Positions 31,934 through 41,091 of a stretch of DNA of 64,000 bases are shown in pieces. The DNA comes from a virus, in the IMG/VR virus record IMGVR_UViG_3300034101_003424, positions 1 through 64,000 of that record. One strand, written 5' to 3'. The notes below the pieces were generated by a model. It did no database searches and was not told the DNA's origin. It saw only the letters and a list, made by a program, of their open reading frames with translations. The stretch's first letter is position 1, and each line of letters opens with the position of its first letter. The translations under genes were made by a program, and so were the position numbers.

Positions 31934-31964
31934 GCCCCGCTAAAAAAATTTGGCGGGGCTTTTT
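31934..31964 (+). terminator. Rho-independent terminator
   Basis: GCCCCGCTAAA-loop-TTTGGCGGGGC followed by TTTTT. Confidence 0.88.
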
Positions 31965-31982
31965 AATTAATACATTATGCAA

Positions 31983-31990
31983 TATTTATA
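31983..31990 (+). promoter_or_regulatory. Putative late promoter TATTTATA
   Basis: Directly after the terminator and 13 nt before the fibre ATG. Confidence 0.7.
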
Positions 31991-32003
31991 CTAAAGGTTA
32001 ATC

Positions 32004-33140
32004 ATGCTAATTTACAGGCCTACTATTATTTCTGGTTCGGGATATTACTCCGGGTCTTTTGATGGAGACGGGTCTAGGTTATATAATATTCCATCATCTT
32101 CCTACGCTATAACTGCCTCCTATGCTTTAAATGGAGGAACCGGAGGTGGTGAAAAAGGTGATAAAGGAGAAATGGGAGATTCTGTTTTTACCTCCTCTTT
32201 ACAAGGAGTATTAGTAACAGTTAATCACAATTTAGATTTAGAATATCCTGTTTACAATATTTATGATAATTTAGGAAAAGAAGTAATACCTAAGGAATTT
32301 ACCATAATTAATCCAAATTCCGTACAAGTAAATTTCGGCATACCATTTACCGGCTCTATAAGTATTTCTGCCGGTCAACAAGGTTTTAAGGGACAAAAAG
32401 GAGGTAAAGGAGAAGTTGGTGTCAAGGGAAATAAAGGAGAATTAGGAGAAGCTGTTTATAGTTCTTCTATTCAAGGGAGTCTAATTTCCATATCCCATAA
32501 TTTAGATATTCAATATCCTGTTTTTACTATCTATGATAATTTAGGAGATAATATAATCCCTAAATCTTTTTCTGTAATAAATGATAATACTGTTGAAGTT
32601 GATTTTGGTATTGGATTTACTGGTTCTATAAGTATTGCAAGCGGTATAAAAGGACAAAAAGGAGAACCTTACAATGGATCTGTAATATATGAGAGCGGTA
32701 GTAAAATAGGTATAGGAATTCCAAATCCTACATTTCAATTACAATTATCTACAAATAGTGCAGGTAAACCAACTGGAGGATCTTGGTCGGATTCTTCGGA
32801 TATAAGGTTAAAGACAGATATAAAAGACATAGATAATCCACTACATATATTAAAAAAAATAAGAGGAGTTACTTTTAGATGGAAAGATGGTTTACGAGAT
32901 GATTTTAACTCCGGAGGTTTTATAGCAGATGAATTAGAGAATGTATTCCCCTCTTGGGTCACAATACAAGAGTCTTCTGAGAAAGAAAAACTGTATATAG
33001 AAGACAATAAAGTAAAAACTATCTCGCTACCCTTTTATTTTGATGCTATTATAGTTGAATCAATAAAAAAACAGCAAGAAGAAATAGAAATGCTAAAAAC
33101 TAGTATTTTAGAATTAGAACTACTTATTAAAAATAAATAA
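32004..33140 (+). CDS. Tail fibre with short collagen segments and C-terminal peptidase S74 intramolecular chaperone
   Basis: GEKGDKGE triplets, two HNLD..YPV..IYD modules, KIGIG..NP, SDIRLKTDI...GFIADELE.VFP, terminal coiled coil. Confidence 0.85.
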   Translation: MLIYRPTIISGSGYYSGSFDGDGSRLYNIPSSSYAITASYALNGGTGGGEKGDKGEMGDSVFTSSLQGVLVTVNHNLDLEYPVYNIYDNLGKEVIPKEFTIINPNSVQVNFGIPFTGSISISAGQQGFKGQKGGKGEVGVKGNKGELGEAVYSSSIQGSLISISHNLDIQYPVFTIYDNLGDNIIPKSFSVINDNTVEVDFGIGFTGSISIASGIKGQKGEPYNGSVIYESGSKIGIGIPNPTFQLQLSTNSAGKPTGGSWSDSSDIRLKTDIKDIDNPLHILKKIRGVTFRWKDGLRDDFNSGGFIADELENVFPSWVTIQESSEKEKLYIEDNKVKTISLPFYFDAIIVESIKKQQEEIEMLKTSILELELLIKNK

Positions 33141-33145
33141 TTATA

Positions 33146-33499
33146 ATGAGAATCCTATTCCCTACAATATTTTCTGGTTCTGGGTATTTTTCTGGTTCTT
33201 TTGATGGAAATGGGTCAAGACTTAAGGGTATATTGACATCTTCTATTGTTAATTTTAATCAAAACATAAAGAAAATAACTTTCCCTTACGCGGGTAAAGC
33301 TCAAATAACAGGTTCATTAATTATAAAAGGATCTACTACAAGTTCAGCGGATTTTTTTCTAATACAATCAGGATCTTTTAATTCCGTAAAAGTTAATAAT
33401 AAAGGAGTATTACAATTAGGTTCTTATGCTACAAAACCATCTGCTAGTGAAGGAGGAATTATATATAGCGATTATAGTTATTGGATTGGTTTAAATTAA
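33146..33499 (+). CDS. Small fibre-associated structural protein
   Basis: N-terminus paralogous to 32004 (PTI.SGSGY.SGSFDG.GSRL); FPYAGKAQITGSL. Confidence 0.65.
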   Translation: MRILFPTIFSGSGYFSGSFDGNGSRLKGILTSSIVNFNQNIKKITFPYAGKAQITGSLIIKGSTTSSADFFLIQSGSFNSVKVNNKGVLQLGSYATKPSASEGGIIYSDYSYWIGLN

Positions 33500-33514
33500 T
33501 CTTAATCAATAAGC

Positions 33515-33522
33515 TATTTATA
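33515..33522 (+). promoter_or_regulatory. Putative late promoter TATTTATA
   Basis: cTATTTATAtaaaa upstream of 33547. Confidence 0.7.
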
Positions 33523-33546
33523 TAAAAGAAACTTAAAAAAAATGAA

Positions 33547-34485
33547 ATGGCAACTTGGAAAAAAATACTAGTTAGTGGATCTAGCGCACATGTATCAGCT
33601 GTAACGGCATCAAATCTTACAGATACTAATATATTAATGTCCGGACCCGGTGGAAGGATAAAAAATACAGGATTTACTTATGGTTCCGGTAAACTTAACC
33701 TAGGAAATACTATCGTTTCCGGGTCTATTTTTTCTGGTTCTTTTGTTGGAAATGGTTCGGGATTAACAGGACTTGTAACTTCTTTGAAAATAAGCGGATC
33801 TACAGGTAATGATGTATTAGATTTAAAGGTAGATAAACTATCTGTATTAGGAGGCACAACTCCTATTACAACTACCGTAACAGATAATACCGTAACTATA
33901 AATATCGCTAATGCTGCTGCCGATGGAACAACAAAAGGTTTAGCTGCTTTTGATACAGATGATTTTGATGCTAGTAGCGGATTAATAACTCTTGGCAATT
34001 CTGCCAATGGTGCTGTACTACAAGTTTCAGGTACATTAAGCGAAATTGATATAACTAGAAGTAATGGTTTAGTTACCGTTGGTCTCCCTAATGATGTCGT
34101 TATAACTAATGATTTAACTGTAGGAGGAGACTTGGTTGTAAATGGAGATTTGACGTACCTTAATGTAGCTAACCTAGCTGTTGAGGATGCTTTTATACTA
34201 CTTAAATCCGGATCATCAACCGTAGGAGATTCAGGTATTATTTTTGGAGGTAGTACAGGTATAGCCCAGAGTGGTTCTGCTTTAGTATGGGATGGTAGTT
34301 ATAATACAAATGATGGTCGATTGTCTGTAGTAGGAAATCTAGGAGCTAATACAACTGGAACTGTTTCACCTTCTTATTATGTTGCTGGAGTTTATGAGGG
34401 TTCCGAAATTAATGCGGCAACAAATAAAGCAGACCATCCAGGAAATATAAGAATAGATAATTCAGAAATTTTTATATATGTTTAA
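33547..34485 (+). CDS. Tail fibre-like structural protein
   Basis: MATWKKILVSGS start (paralogous to [12 protein letters not shown]), DLTVGGDLVVNG..LAVEDAFILL fibre motif. Confidence 0.75.
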   Translation: MATWKKILVSGSSAHVSAVTASNLTDTNILMSGPGGRIKNTGFTYGSGKLNLGNTIVSGSIFSGSFVGNGSGLTGLVTSLKISGSTGNDVLDLKVDKLSVLGGTTPITTTVTDNTVTINIANAAADGTTKGLAAFDTDDFDASSGLITLGNSANGAVLQVSGTLSEIDITRSNGLVTVGLPNDVVITNDLTVGGDLVVNGDLTYLNVANLAVEDAFILLKSGSSTVGDSGIIFGGSTGIAQSGSALVWDGSYNTNDGRLSVVGNLGANTTGTVSPSYYVAGVYEGSEINAATNKADHPGNIRIDNSEIFIYV

Positions 34486-34495
34486 AAAATTAATA

Positions 34496-34723
34496 ATGGG
34501 TATTATTCAAAAAGTTTCAAACAGAACAAAAGAAATTAATTCTTCTTATGATTTATCTAAAAAAATTAATTCTACAGTATCTTTAACGACAAGAGAAGTA
34601 GAGTTTATTTTAACTACATTAGGAGAATCTAGTATGCAAATAAAACAAATAGACTTTGTTTATAGTTTAATATTAAAATTACAAAGTTATTACGAAGAAT
34701 TAAAAAATAATAATGTAAAATAA
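34496..34723 (+). CDS. Small hypothetical protein
   Basis: Intact ORF; probable start ATG 34496. Confidence 0.55.
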   Translation: MGIIQKVSNRTKEINSSYDLSKKINSTVSLTTREVEFILTTLGESSMQIKQIDFVYSLILKLQSYYEELKNNNVK

Positions 34724-34732
34724 TTATAAAAT

Positions 34733-34788
34733 TTATTATTGGCCCTATGGGGAAGTGGGCTTCGAATAGAAGTAACCAACCATAATAA
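34733..34788 (+). ncRNA. Candidate structured cis-regulatory RNA in the 5' leader of fibre gene 34800
   Basis: GC-rich island: CCC-TATG-GGG and GCTTC-GAATA-GAAGT hairpins enclosed by TTGG/CCAA and TTATTAT/ATAATAA; no U-tract. Confidence 0.4.
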
Positions 34789-34799
34789 AACATAAATAA

Positions 34800-36530
34800 A
34801 TGCCAAACTGGAAAAAAGTTTTAGTTAGTGGCTCAAACGCAGAGCTTAATAGATTAAATATATCTACATCTTTAACAGCAAGTGGTTTATTATATCCTGC
34901 ATCAGATGGAATTTCTGGACAAGTTTTAGGAACTGATGGTTTAGGTAATTTATCATTTAGTGATGTAACAATAGCCCAGGTGAGTACTGTGGCGGCATCT
35001 TTTGCATCTACGTCATCAATTACTGTACAGCATAATTTCAATTCTAAAAATGTAATAGTATCTGCTTATGATAATTCTGATTTTTACTTTGTTCCCGAAA
35101 CTATAAATTTACTTGATAATAATAGAGTAAAATTAACATTCTCTAACCCATCTACAGGACATGTTGTAGTGGCTAAGGGAGGTCATATAGTTAGTGCAAG
35201 TATGCAGGGAAACCAAGGACTTGTAGGCCCACAAGGATTTCAAGGACTTAGAGGTTTTCAAGGTTTTCAAGGTATTCAAGGTATTCAAGGTATTCAAGGC
35301 CCTATAAGAGAAGTTAGCGAGGTATCCACAGTATCTGCATCTTTTTCCGCTACCTCTTCCATAACAGTAACACACAATTTTAATTCAAAAAGTGTCGTTG
35401 TTTCTGCTTATGATGCTTCTGATTTTTACTTCGTACCTAACCAAATTAAATTACTAGACAATAATAGAGTAAAACTATCTTTTACTAGCCCATCAACAGG
35501 ATATGTAGTTGTAGCAAAAGGAGGACATATTGTTAGTGGTAGTTTATATATAGCCGGCCCACAAGGTCTACAAGGCACTACAGGAGCTCAAGGCTCACAA
35601 GGAAACCAAGGTATTCAAGGTATTCAAGGAACCAACGGAACAGTAGGCACACAGGGTTTTCAAGGCAATCAAGGCCCGCAGGGTAATCAAGGACCGCAAG
35701 GTAATCAAGGACCGCAAGGTAATCAGGGAATACAGGGCATACAAGGTACAGTAGGTACTCAAGGTTTCCAAGGCAATCAAGGACCACAGGGAAACCAAGG
35801 CCCAACAGGAATTCAAGGTACAGCAGGAACAAACGGAAACCAGGGTAATCAAGGCCCACAAGGTAATCAGGGAATACAGGGCATACAAGGGACAGTAGGT
35901 ACTCAAGGTTTCCAAGGCAATCAAGGACCACAGGGAAATCAAGGTATTCAAGGGACAGTAGGTACTCAAGGTTTCCAAGGCAATCAAGGACCACAGGGTA
36001 ATCAAGGCCCAACAGGAACTCAAGGTAATCAAGGAACATTCGGTATTAATGGATCATCAGGCCCTCCCGGCCCTTCCGGACCTCCCGGATCTTCCGGACC
36101 TCCCGGCCCTCCCGGACCTCCCGGATCAAGTGCAGGAATATCATCATATACAAACCCTGCTGACAACAGAGTTATAACATCTGTATCTTCAACAACTATA
36201 AATGCAGAATCTAATTTAACATTTGATGGTAGCGTATTAACAGTTACAGGAACTATAACAGAAACGTCATCAGAAAAAGTAAAAGAAAATATAGAAAAAC
36301 TGATAAATTCTTTAGATGTTGTAAAAAAGTTGCGGGGTGTTCAATATAATAAGAAAGGAAACAATATAAAGGAAATAGGTGTTATAGCAGAAGAGATAAA
36401 CGAAATACTTCCTCAAGTTGTTTCTATGGATTTAAACGGAAATCCTGCATCAGTATCTTACGGAAGATTAACAGCATTATTGATTGAAGCAATTAAGGAA
36501 TTAGATAACAAAATAAATAAATTAAAATGA
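34800..36530 (+). CDS. Collagen-like tail fibre with C-terminal S74-like chaperone
   Basis: Two HNFNSK.V.VSAYD modules, long G-X-Q collagen ending in GPP triplets, SSEKVKENI...IGVIAEE...[17 protein letters not shown]. Confidence 0.85.
   Translation: MPNWKKVLVSGSNAELNRLNISTSLTASGLLYPASDGISGQVLGTDGLGNLSFSDVTIAQVSTVAASFASTSSITVQHNFNSKNVIVSAYDNSDFYFVPETINLLDNNRVKLTFSNPSTGHVVVAKGGHIVSASMQGNQGLVGPQGFQGLRGFQGFQGIQGIQGIQGPIREVSEVSTVSASFSATSSITVTHNFNSKSVVVSAYDASDFYFVPNQIKLLDNNRVKLSFTSPSTGYVVVAKGGHIVSGSLYIAGPQGLQGTTGAQGSQGNQGIQGIQGTNGTVGTQGFQGNQGPQGNQGPQGNQGPQGNQGIQGIQGTVGTQGFQGNQGPQGNQGPTGIQGTAGTNGNQGNQGPQGNQGIQGIQGTVGTQGFQGNQGPQGNQGIQGTVGTQGFQGNQGPQGNQGPTGTQGNQGTFGINGSSGPPGPSGPPGSSGPPGPPGPPGSSAGISSYTNPADNRVITSVSSTTINAESNLTFDGSVLTVTGTITETSSEKVKENIEKLINSLDVVKKLRGVQYNKKGNNIKEIGVIAEEINEILPQVVSMDLNGNPASVSYGRLTALLIEAIKELDNKINKLK
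35556..36124 (+). repeat. Collagen G-X-Q/T coding repeat array
   Basis: Recurrent caaggtttccaaggcaatcaaggacc blocks; GPP cap at about 36060-36124. Confidence 0.9.
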
Positions 36531-36769
36531 AAAAGTACTATCAAGTAGAGAATTATGGAAATGGGTTTATTACTCACCAAGAAAATGAAACGGCACATGT
36601 TGCAGGATATCCGGGCAATATTTGGGTGACCGAAAACACAACATGGGCTCAAAGAGTAAATGCTGTTGAAAAGACTAAAGCGGAGGCACAAGCCATTGTA
36701 GATGCTGCTGTTGCTGCTTCGTATGTCCCACCTAATAGCACAACACCTCCACCAATTGTATTACCTTAA
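36527..36769 (+). CDS. Small hypothetical protein (possible fibre assembly factor)
   Basis: ATGA-coupled to the fibre stop; function inferred from position only. Confidence 0.6.
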   Translation: MKKYYQVENYGNGFITHQENETAHVAGYPGNIWVTENTTWAQRVNAVEKTKAEAQAIVDAAVAASYVPPNSTTPPPIVLP

Positions 36770-36778
36770 AAATTAAAT

Positions 36779-37462
36779 ATGAGTAAAGAGTTGCAGATTA
36801 CGGAAGATTTACGAGAGATTGTAAATGTTTTAAATGAAGAAGATGCTAATACTATTTTATCATTAAAAGATGAGTTAGTAGATAATTGGCACAAGAAACA
36901 GATTTTTAGAACAGAGACAGAAATGAGAGTATCTGTTTTAAATGACGCTAAACACCCTACAAATGCTTCTAAATATTGGCAATCAGTAAGAGAGATGTCA
37001 GCACATTTTGATGCATTGATGAATTTATCTTTTGATTTGAGAAAGAATACGGTAGAGAATTTAAGATATAATAGACAGATGGAAGAATTATTATCAGACC
37101 CTAATGCTAATAGATTTGACATCATGGAACTTGAAATTGATATTGACAGAAATTTATATGATAGGTCATGTATGTTACAGGTAGCTAAGGACAGGGTTAG
37201 AGAATTAAGTTTATGGAGTACTATTAAGAAAGAATTAGATGATAATTCTTTTGATGCAGAAAATGTAAACACTCACCAAGCAGAGTCTTTACATAGGTAT
37301 TTTGAGAATAGGGTTAAGTCTTTAAATGATTCTTCAGCTCCGGGAGAAATTATAAATGCCATGGGACCTTACTTATCTTTTAATCGTTTAAAGACAGATG
37401 ACGGTAAATTAAGAAACTTTTTGGGAGAGGTACCCGAAGATAAACAAAACAGATTACAATAG
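36779..37462 (+). CDS. Hypothetical coiled-coil protein
   Basis: Intact ORF, QIFRTETEM..SVLND..HPT.ASKYWQ. Confidence 0.65.
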   Translation: MSKELQITEDLREIVNVLNEEDANTILSLKDELVDNWHKKQIFRTETEMRVSVLNDAKHPTNASKYWQSVREMSAHFDALMNLSFDLRKNTVENLRYNRQMEELLSDPNANRFDIMELEIDIDRNLYDRSCMLQVAKDRVRELSLWSTIKKELDDNSFDAENVNTHQAESLHRYFENRVKSLNDSSAPGEIINAMGPYLSFNRLKTDDGKLRNFLGEVPEDKQNRLQ

Positions 37463-37466
37463 TTTT

Positions 37467-38051
37467 ATGACTAATTTTATCTACACTAAAAAAAATGCGT
37501 TATCAGCCAATACTTGTTATAATCTAATAAAAACTTTTGAAGGCTCTGATTTAAAACAAGCAGGTGTTCTTTATGGTCCTAACGGTATAAGCTCAGATAG
37601 CGATAAAAAATCAACAGATATAACCTTTGACCCATCCTTCCTAAAAAAAGAGGGATGGGCAATGTTGTTAGACGAGGTAATCATATCAATTCAGAATGGT
37701 GTTTCAGATTATCTAAATAGGCATTCTACCGCAATGTGTAAAATGGATCCTATTGATTTATACACTTACTTCAATATACAGAAATATGAACCTAATGAAG
37801 GATTCTATGGATGGCATTGTGAAAGAGCAGGTGTTAAACACTCGGATAGATTATTGGTTTGGATGATATATTTAAATACTGTAACGGACAGAGGAGAAAC
37901 AGAGTTCTTCTACCAGCAGCACTTTGAAGAACCAGAGAGAGGCAAGTTGGTTATTTGGCCTTCTGATTGGACTCATCTTCATCGAGGCGTTCCTTCACCA
38001 ACACAAACAAAGTATATTTTAACGGGATGGTTCACTCATAAAAATGTATAA
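37467..38051 (+). CDS. 2OG-Fe(II) oxygenase (prolyl-4-hydroxylase-like)
   Basis: IQKY.P..G...WHCE, WMIYLN, GETEF, GKLVIWP..WTHLHRG, KYILTGW. Confidence 0.88.
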   Translation: MTNFIYTKKNALSANTCYNLIKTFEGSDLKQAGVLYGPNGISSDSDKKSTDITFDPSFLKKEGWAMLLDEVIISIQNGVSDYLNRHSTAMCKMDPIDLYTYFNIQKYEPNEGFYGWHCERAGVKHSDRLLVWMIYLNTVTDRGETEFFYQQHFEEPERGKLVIWPSDWTHLHRGVPSPTQTKYILTGWFTHKNV

Positions 38052-38054
38052 GTT

Positions 38055-38651
38055 ATGGAATTTTCAGTACACGAAGAAACATGGTTTTCAACACCGGTTT
38101 GGGAATCAGAAGTTAAAAATATAAACAATGAAGAAATTAAAGATTATTGTTTGTATTTAAAAGCCAATACTAAAGGTGTAAATATTTCGAATAGAGGTGG
38201 ATGGCATAGTAGTGAAATATTATTACCAATGCCTCAAGATTTAAGAAATTTATTTAGCAATCTTGAAATCTTTGTTAACCAGAATTGTTTTAAACATATT
38301 GGAGTTCCTAATTTAAAGTTTGGTAATTTTTGGGTAAATATAAATACACCTAACTCTTATAACCTTGCACACGACCATCAAAACAGTGTATTATCAGGAG
38401 TGTATTATGTTTCTGTACCTTACGATAATATGGGTGATTTAGTTTTACATAGAGGAGATACAGCAGAATATTTTCTAAAATCAGATGTAGAGAGAATTGG
38501 TACAAAAACAAACTCTTTTGTAGCAGTAAAAAAACCTATAGAATCTGTTTTTTATATATTTCCATCATGGGTTAAGCATCATGTGGAATCGAATAATTCG
38601 CAGGGAGATAGAATATCAATAGCATTTAATTTCATCGCAGAGAATAAATAA
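38055..38651 (+). CDS. 2OG-Fe(II) oxygenase (TIGR02466-like)
   Basis: WVNIN...YN..HDH.NS.LSGVYYV, IFPSWVKHHV, RISIAFN. Confidence 0.88.
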   Translation: MEFSVHEETWFSTPVWESEVKNINNEEIKDYCLYLKANTKGVNISNRGGWHSSEILLPMPQDLRNLFSNLEIFVNQNCFKHIGVPNLKFGNFWVNINTPNSYNLAHDHQNSVLSGVYYVSVPYDNMGDLVLHRGDTAEYFLKSDVERIGTKTNSFVAVKKPIESVFYIFPSWVKHHVESNNSQGDRISIAFNFIAENK

Positions 38652-38655
38652 AGTT

Positions 38656-39294
38656 ATGAATGCACAAGTTTATCCCATATTTCCAACACCTCTATATGTT
38701 GCAAATTATGATAAAGATTTAAAAGATGTAATAGATTATTTTGACAGTTCAGAAATGCAAGATACTAAAGCAGGGTATGGAATGATATCTACTAATAGTT
38801 ACATTTTAGATAATCCTATATGCAATGAATTAAATACATTTCTTATGTCATGTTTTGAAGATTTTGCAACAAACATTATGAGATATAGATTTAAAGAATT
38901 AGGATTTGCACAATCATGGTTAACGTATAAGAATCCCAACCAAATTCATAAAGCACATACTCATCCAAATACAATATTGGCGGGAGTATTCTACTATGAC
39001 GCACATGAGGATGATGCTGCTATATGTTTTTCAAAAGATGTTAAATCATTTAATAGGTCATACTTTGAACCATCTTTACATGACGATTATCAAAATCATG
39101 TATTTTCACAAGAAGAGATTTACTACATGCCAAAGAAAAATGATTTCCTCATATTTCCATCATGGTTGACACATGGAGTACCTCCGAATAGAACAAACCG
39201 AGTGAGAAAAGCATTAGGAGTAAACGCATTAACGAAAGGAACATTAGGAGATAAAGAAACCATATCTGAAATAATTTTTGGAAGATACTCATGA
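38656..39294 (+). CDS. 2OG-Fe(II) oxygenase (TIGR02466-like)
   Basis: FPTP, SW.....H..HTHPN..LAGVFY, IFPSWLTHGV, RKALGVN. Confidence 0.85.
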   Translation: MNAQVYPIFPTPLYVANYDKDLKDVIDYFDSSEMQDTKAGYGMISTNSYILDNPICNELNTFLMSCFEDFATNIMRYRFKELGFAQSWLTYKNPNQIHKAHTHPNTILAGVFYYDAHEDDAAICFSKDVKSFNRSYFEPSLHDDYQNHVFSQEEIYYMPKKNDFLIFPSWLTHGVPPNRTNRVRKALGVNALTKGTLGDKETISEIIFGRYS

Positions 39295-40109
39295 AACAAA
39301 AGATATTTTTTAATTCCACATTACCTAGAAGTGGAAGTACATTATTACAAAATATAATGGGACAAAATCCTGAATTCTTTGTAACACCGACATCAGGTCT
39401 AATTGATTTGATGCTAGGAGCAAGAATAGGATACAATCAAAACTATGAATCTAAGGCAGGTGATACAGAAATGTGGAGAGAAGGATTCTATAAATTTTGC
39501 GGGGAAGGAATAAAAGCATATATAGCATCACAGACATCAAAACAATATTACTTAGATAAGAATAGAGTCTGGGCATTCTACTATAACCTATTATCAAACA
39601 TGGTAGAAAAACCAAAAGTATTATACATGGTTAGAGATTTACCATCCATATTTGCATCCATGGAAAAGAAGTTTAGAATGAATCCTGACAAAGATGATGG
39701 TACTATGGATAATGTAAAGATGAAAGGAACTACAACACATAAGAGAGTTGAATTATGGGCTCAATCACATCCTGTAGGTTATTCATTAGAAAAATTGTAT
39801 CAGACTTTGTTGGATGGTACAGCTTCCAACTTTTTATTTATTAGATATGAAGATTTGTGTAGTAATCCTGATAATGTAATGAAAAGCATCTATCAATATT
39901 TAGAGTTAGATGAATTTAAACATGATTTCCAACATATAAGTCAAGTCACCACCGAAAATGATGCAATACATGGAATATATGGAGACCATGTGATAAGACC
40001 ATATTTACAAATGTTGCCAAATGATTCAAAAGAGATATTAGGATTACATACCGTAGATTTGATTAAAGAGAATTATAAATGGTATTATGATTTCTTTGGG
40101 TATAAATAA
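39291..40109 (+). CDS. Sulfotransferase
   Basis: PAPS-binding LPRSGSTLL, DKNR.W, MVRD...I.AS, IRYEDL..NP. Confidence 0.88.
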   Translation: MKQKIFFNSTLPRSGSTLLQNIMGQNPEFFVTPTSGLIDLMLGARIGYNQNYESKAGDTEMWREGFYKFCGEGIKAYIASQTSKQYYLDKNRVWAFYYNLLSNMVEKPKVLYMVRDLPSIFASMEKKFRMNPDKDDGTMDNVKMKGTTTHKRVELWAQSHPVGYSLEKLYQTLLDGTASNFLFIRYEDLCSNPDNVMKSIYQYLELDEFKHDFQHISQVTTENDAIHGIYGDHVIRPYLQMLPNDSKEILGLHTVDLIKENYKWYYDFFGYK

Positions 40110-40122
40110 AGTTGGGAGAGGA

Positions 40123-40130
40123 TATTTATA
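40123..40130 (+). promoter_or_regulatory. Putative late promoter TATTTATA
   Basis: 10 nt before the first propeller gene ATG. Confidence 0.7.
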
Positions 40131-40140
40131 ATAAAATAAT

Positions 40141-41091
40141 ATGGCAAAATTACAGAGTACAGAGATAGTAGGTGTTGCAAATAGACCTGCAACAATATGT
40201 TCAAATACAATGTGCATTTGGTTTGACACAACTAATTTAAAAACGGTTATTTCGTATGTTCTTGGTACATCTTGGTCAGCAGGTGGTGCAATGATAACTG
40301 CAAGACTAAGTTTAGCAGGTGCAGGGTCACAAAACGAAGGACTTGCATTTGCGGGTTATGGAGGAACTAATTGCACAGAAGAATACAATGGTACATCTTG
40401 GTCAGTAGGTGGTACTTTGGCAATAGGAAGATACCCTTTGGGTAGTGCAGGTACACAGAATGCAGGACTTGCTTTTGGTGGGAATCCATTTGGTATGTGT
40501 ACAGAAGAATATAATGGCACAAGTTGGGCAGCAGGTGGTGCTTTAATAAGAAGTAGGCAATTATTAGCAGGAGCAGGAACGCAAAATGTAGGACTTGGAT
40601 TCGGAGGTTACCCCGATACTGCTTCAGTGTGTACAGAAGAATACAATGGCACATCTTGGGCAGCAGGTGGTGCACTTATAACAGGTAGAAATTCATTAGC
40701 AGGGGCAGGAACACAAAATGAAGGACTTGCTATAGGAGGGTACGCAGTAGGTTTTATTAGAGTATCTTGTACAGAAGAATACAACGGCACATCTTGGTCA
40801 GCAGGAGGTGCTTTAATAACTGCAAGAAAATCATTAGCAGGAGCAGGAACACAAAATGTAGGACTTGCCTTTGGGGGAACTACAGCTTCCCTTGTATCAT
40901 GCACAGAAGAATACAATGGCACATCTTGGTCAGCAGGAGTTCCGTTAATAACAGCAAGAGATAGATTAGCAGGAGCAGGAACACAGAATGAAGGACTTGC
41001 TATGGGTGGAGTAAACGGCCCTTCGATAGTTTCATGTACAGAAGAATATAATAAACCATTAACATCAGTAGTAGTAGATTCAATACAATAA
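40141..41091 (+). CDS. Six-bladed Kelch-like beta-propeller protein 1 (putative receptor-binding/adhesin)
   Basis: Six repeats WSAGGALITAR..LAGAGTQN.GLA.GG....CTEEYNG; N-terminal RPATIC..C.WFDTT module. Confidence 0.8.
   Translation: MAKLQSTEIVGVANRPATICSNTMCIWFDTTNLKTVISYVLGTSWSAGGAMITARLSLAGAGSQNEGLAFAGYGGTNCTEEYNGTSWSVGGTLAIGRYPLGSAGTQNAGLAFGGNPFGMCTEEYNGTSWAAGGALIRSRQLLAGAGTQNVGLGFGGYPDTASVCTEEYNGTSWAAGGALITGRNSLAGAGTQNEGLAIGGYAVGFIRVSCTEEYNGTSWSAGGALITARKSLAGAGTQNVGLAFGGTTASLVSCTEEYNGTSWSAGVPLITARDRLAGAGTQNEGLAMGGVNGPSIVSCTEEYNKPLTSVVVDSIQ

Noticed and set aside
9907-36039. Antisense ORFs over Pro/Gly/collagen tracts (9907, 18975, 24826, 25159, 35578, 35595)
   Set aside because: Antisense mirrors of low-complexity coding sequence, with no independent start signals or domains.
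40101-40108. Canonical T4 late promoter TATAAATA
   Set aside because: It is the Tyr-Lys-stop end of the sulfotransferase gene; the recurrent intergenic motif in sense orientation is TATTTAT(A/T).
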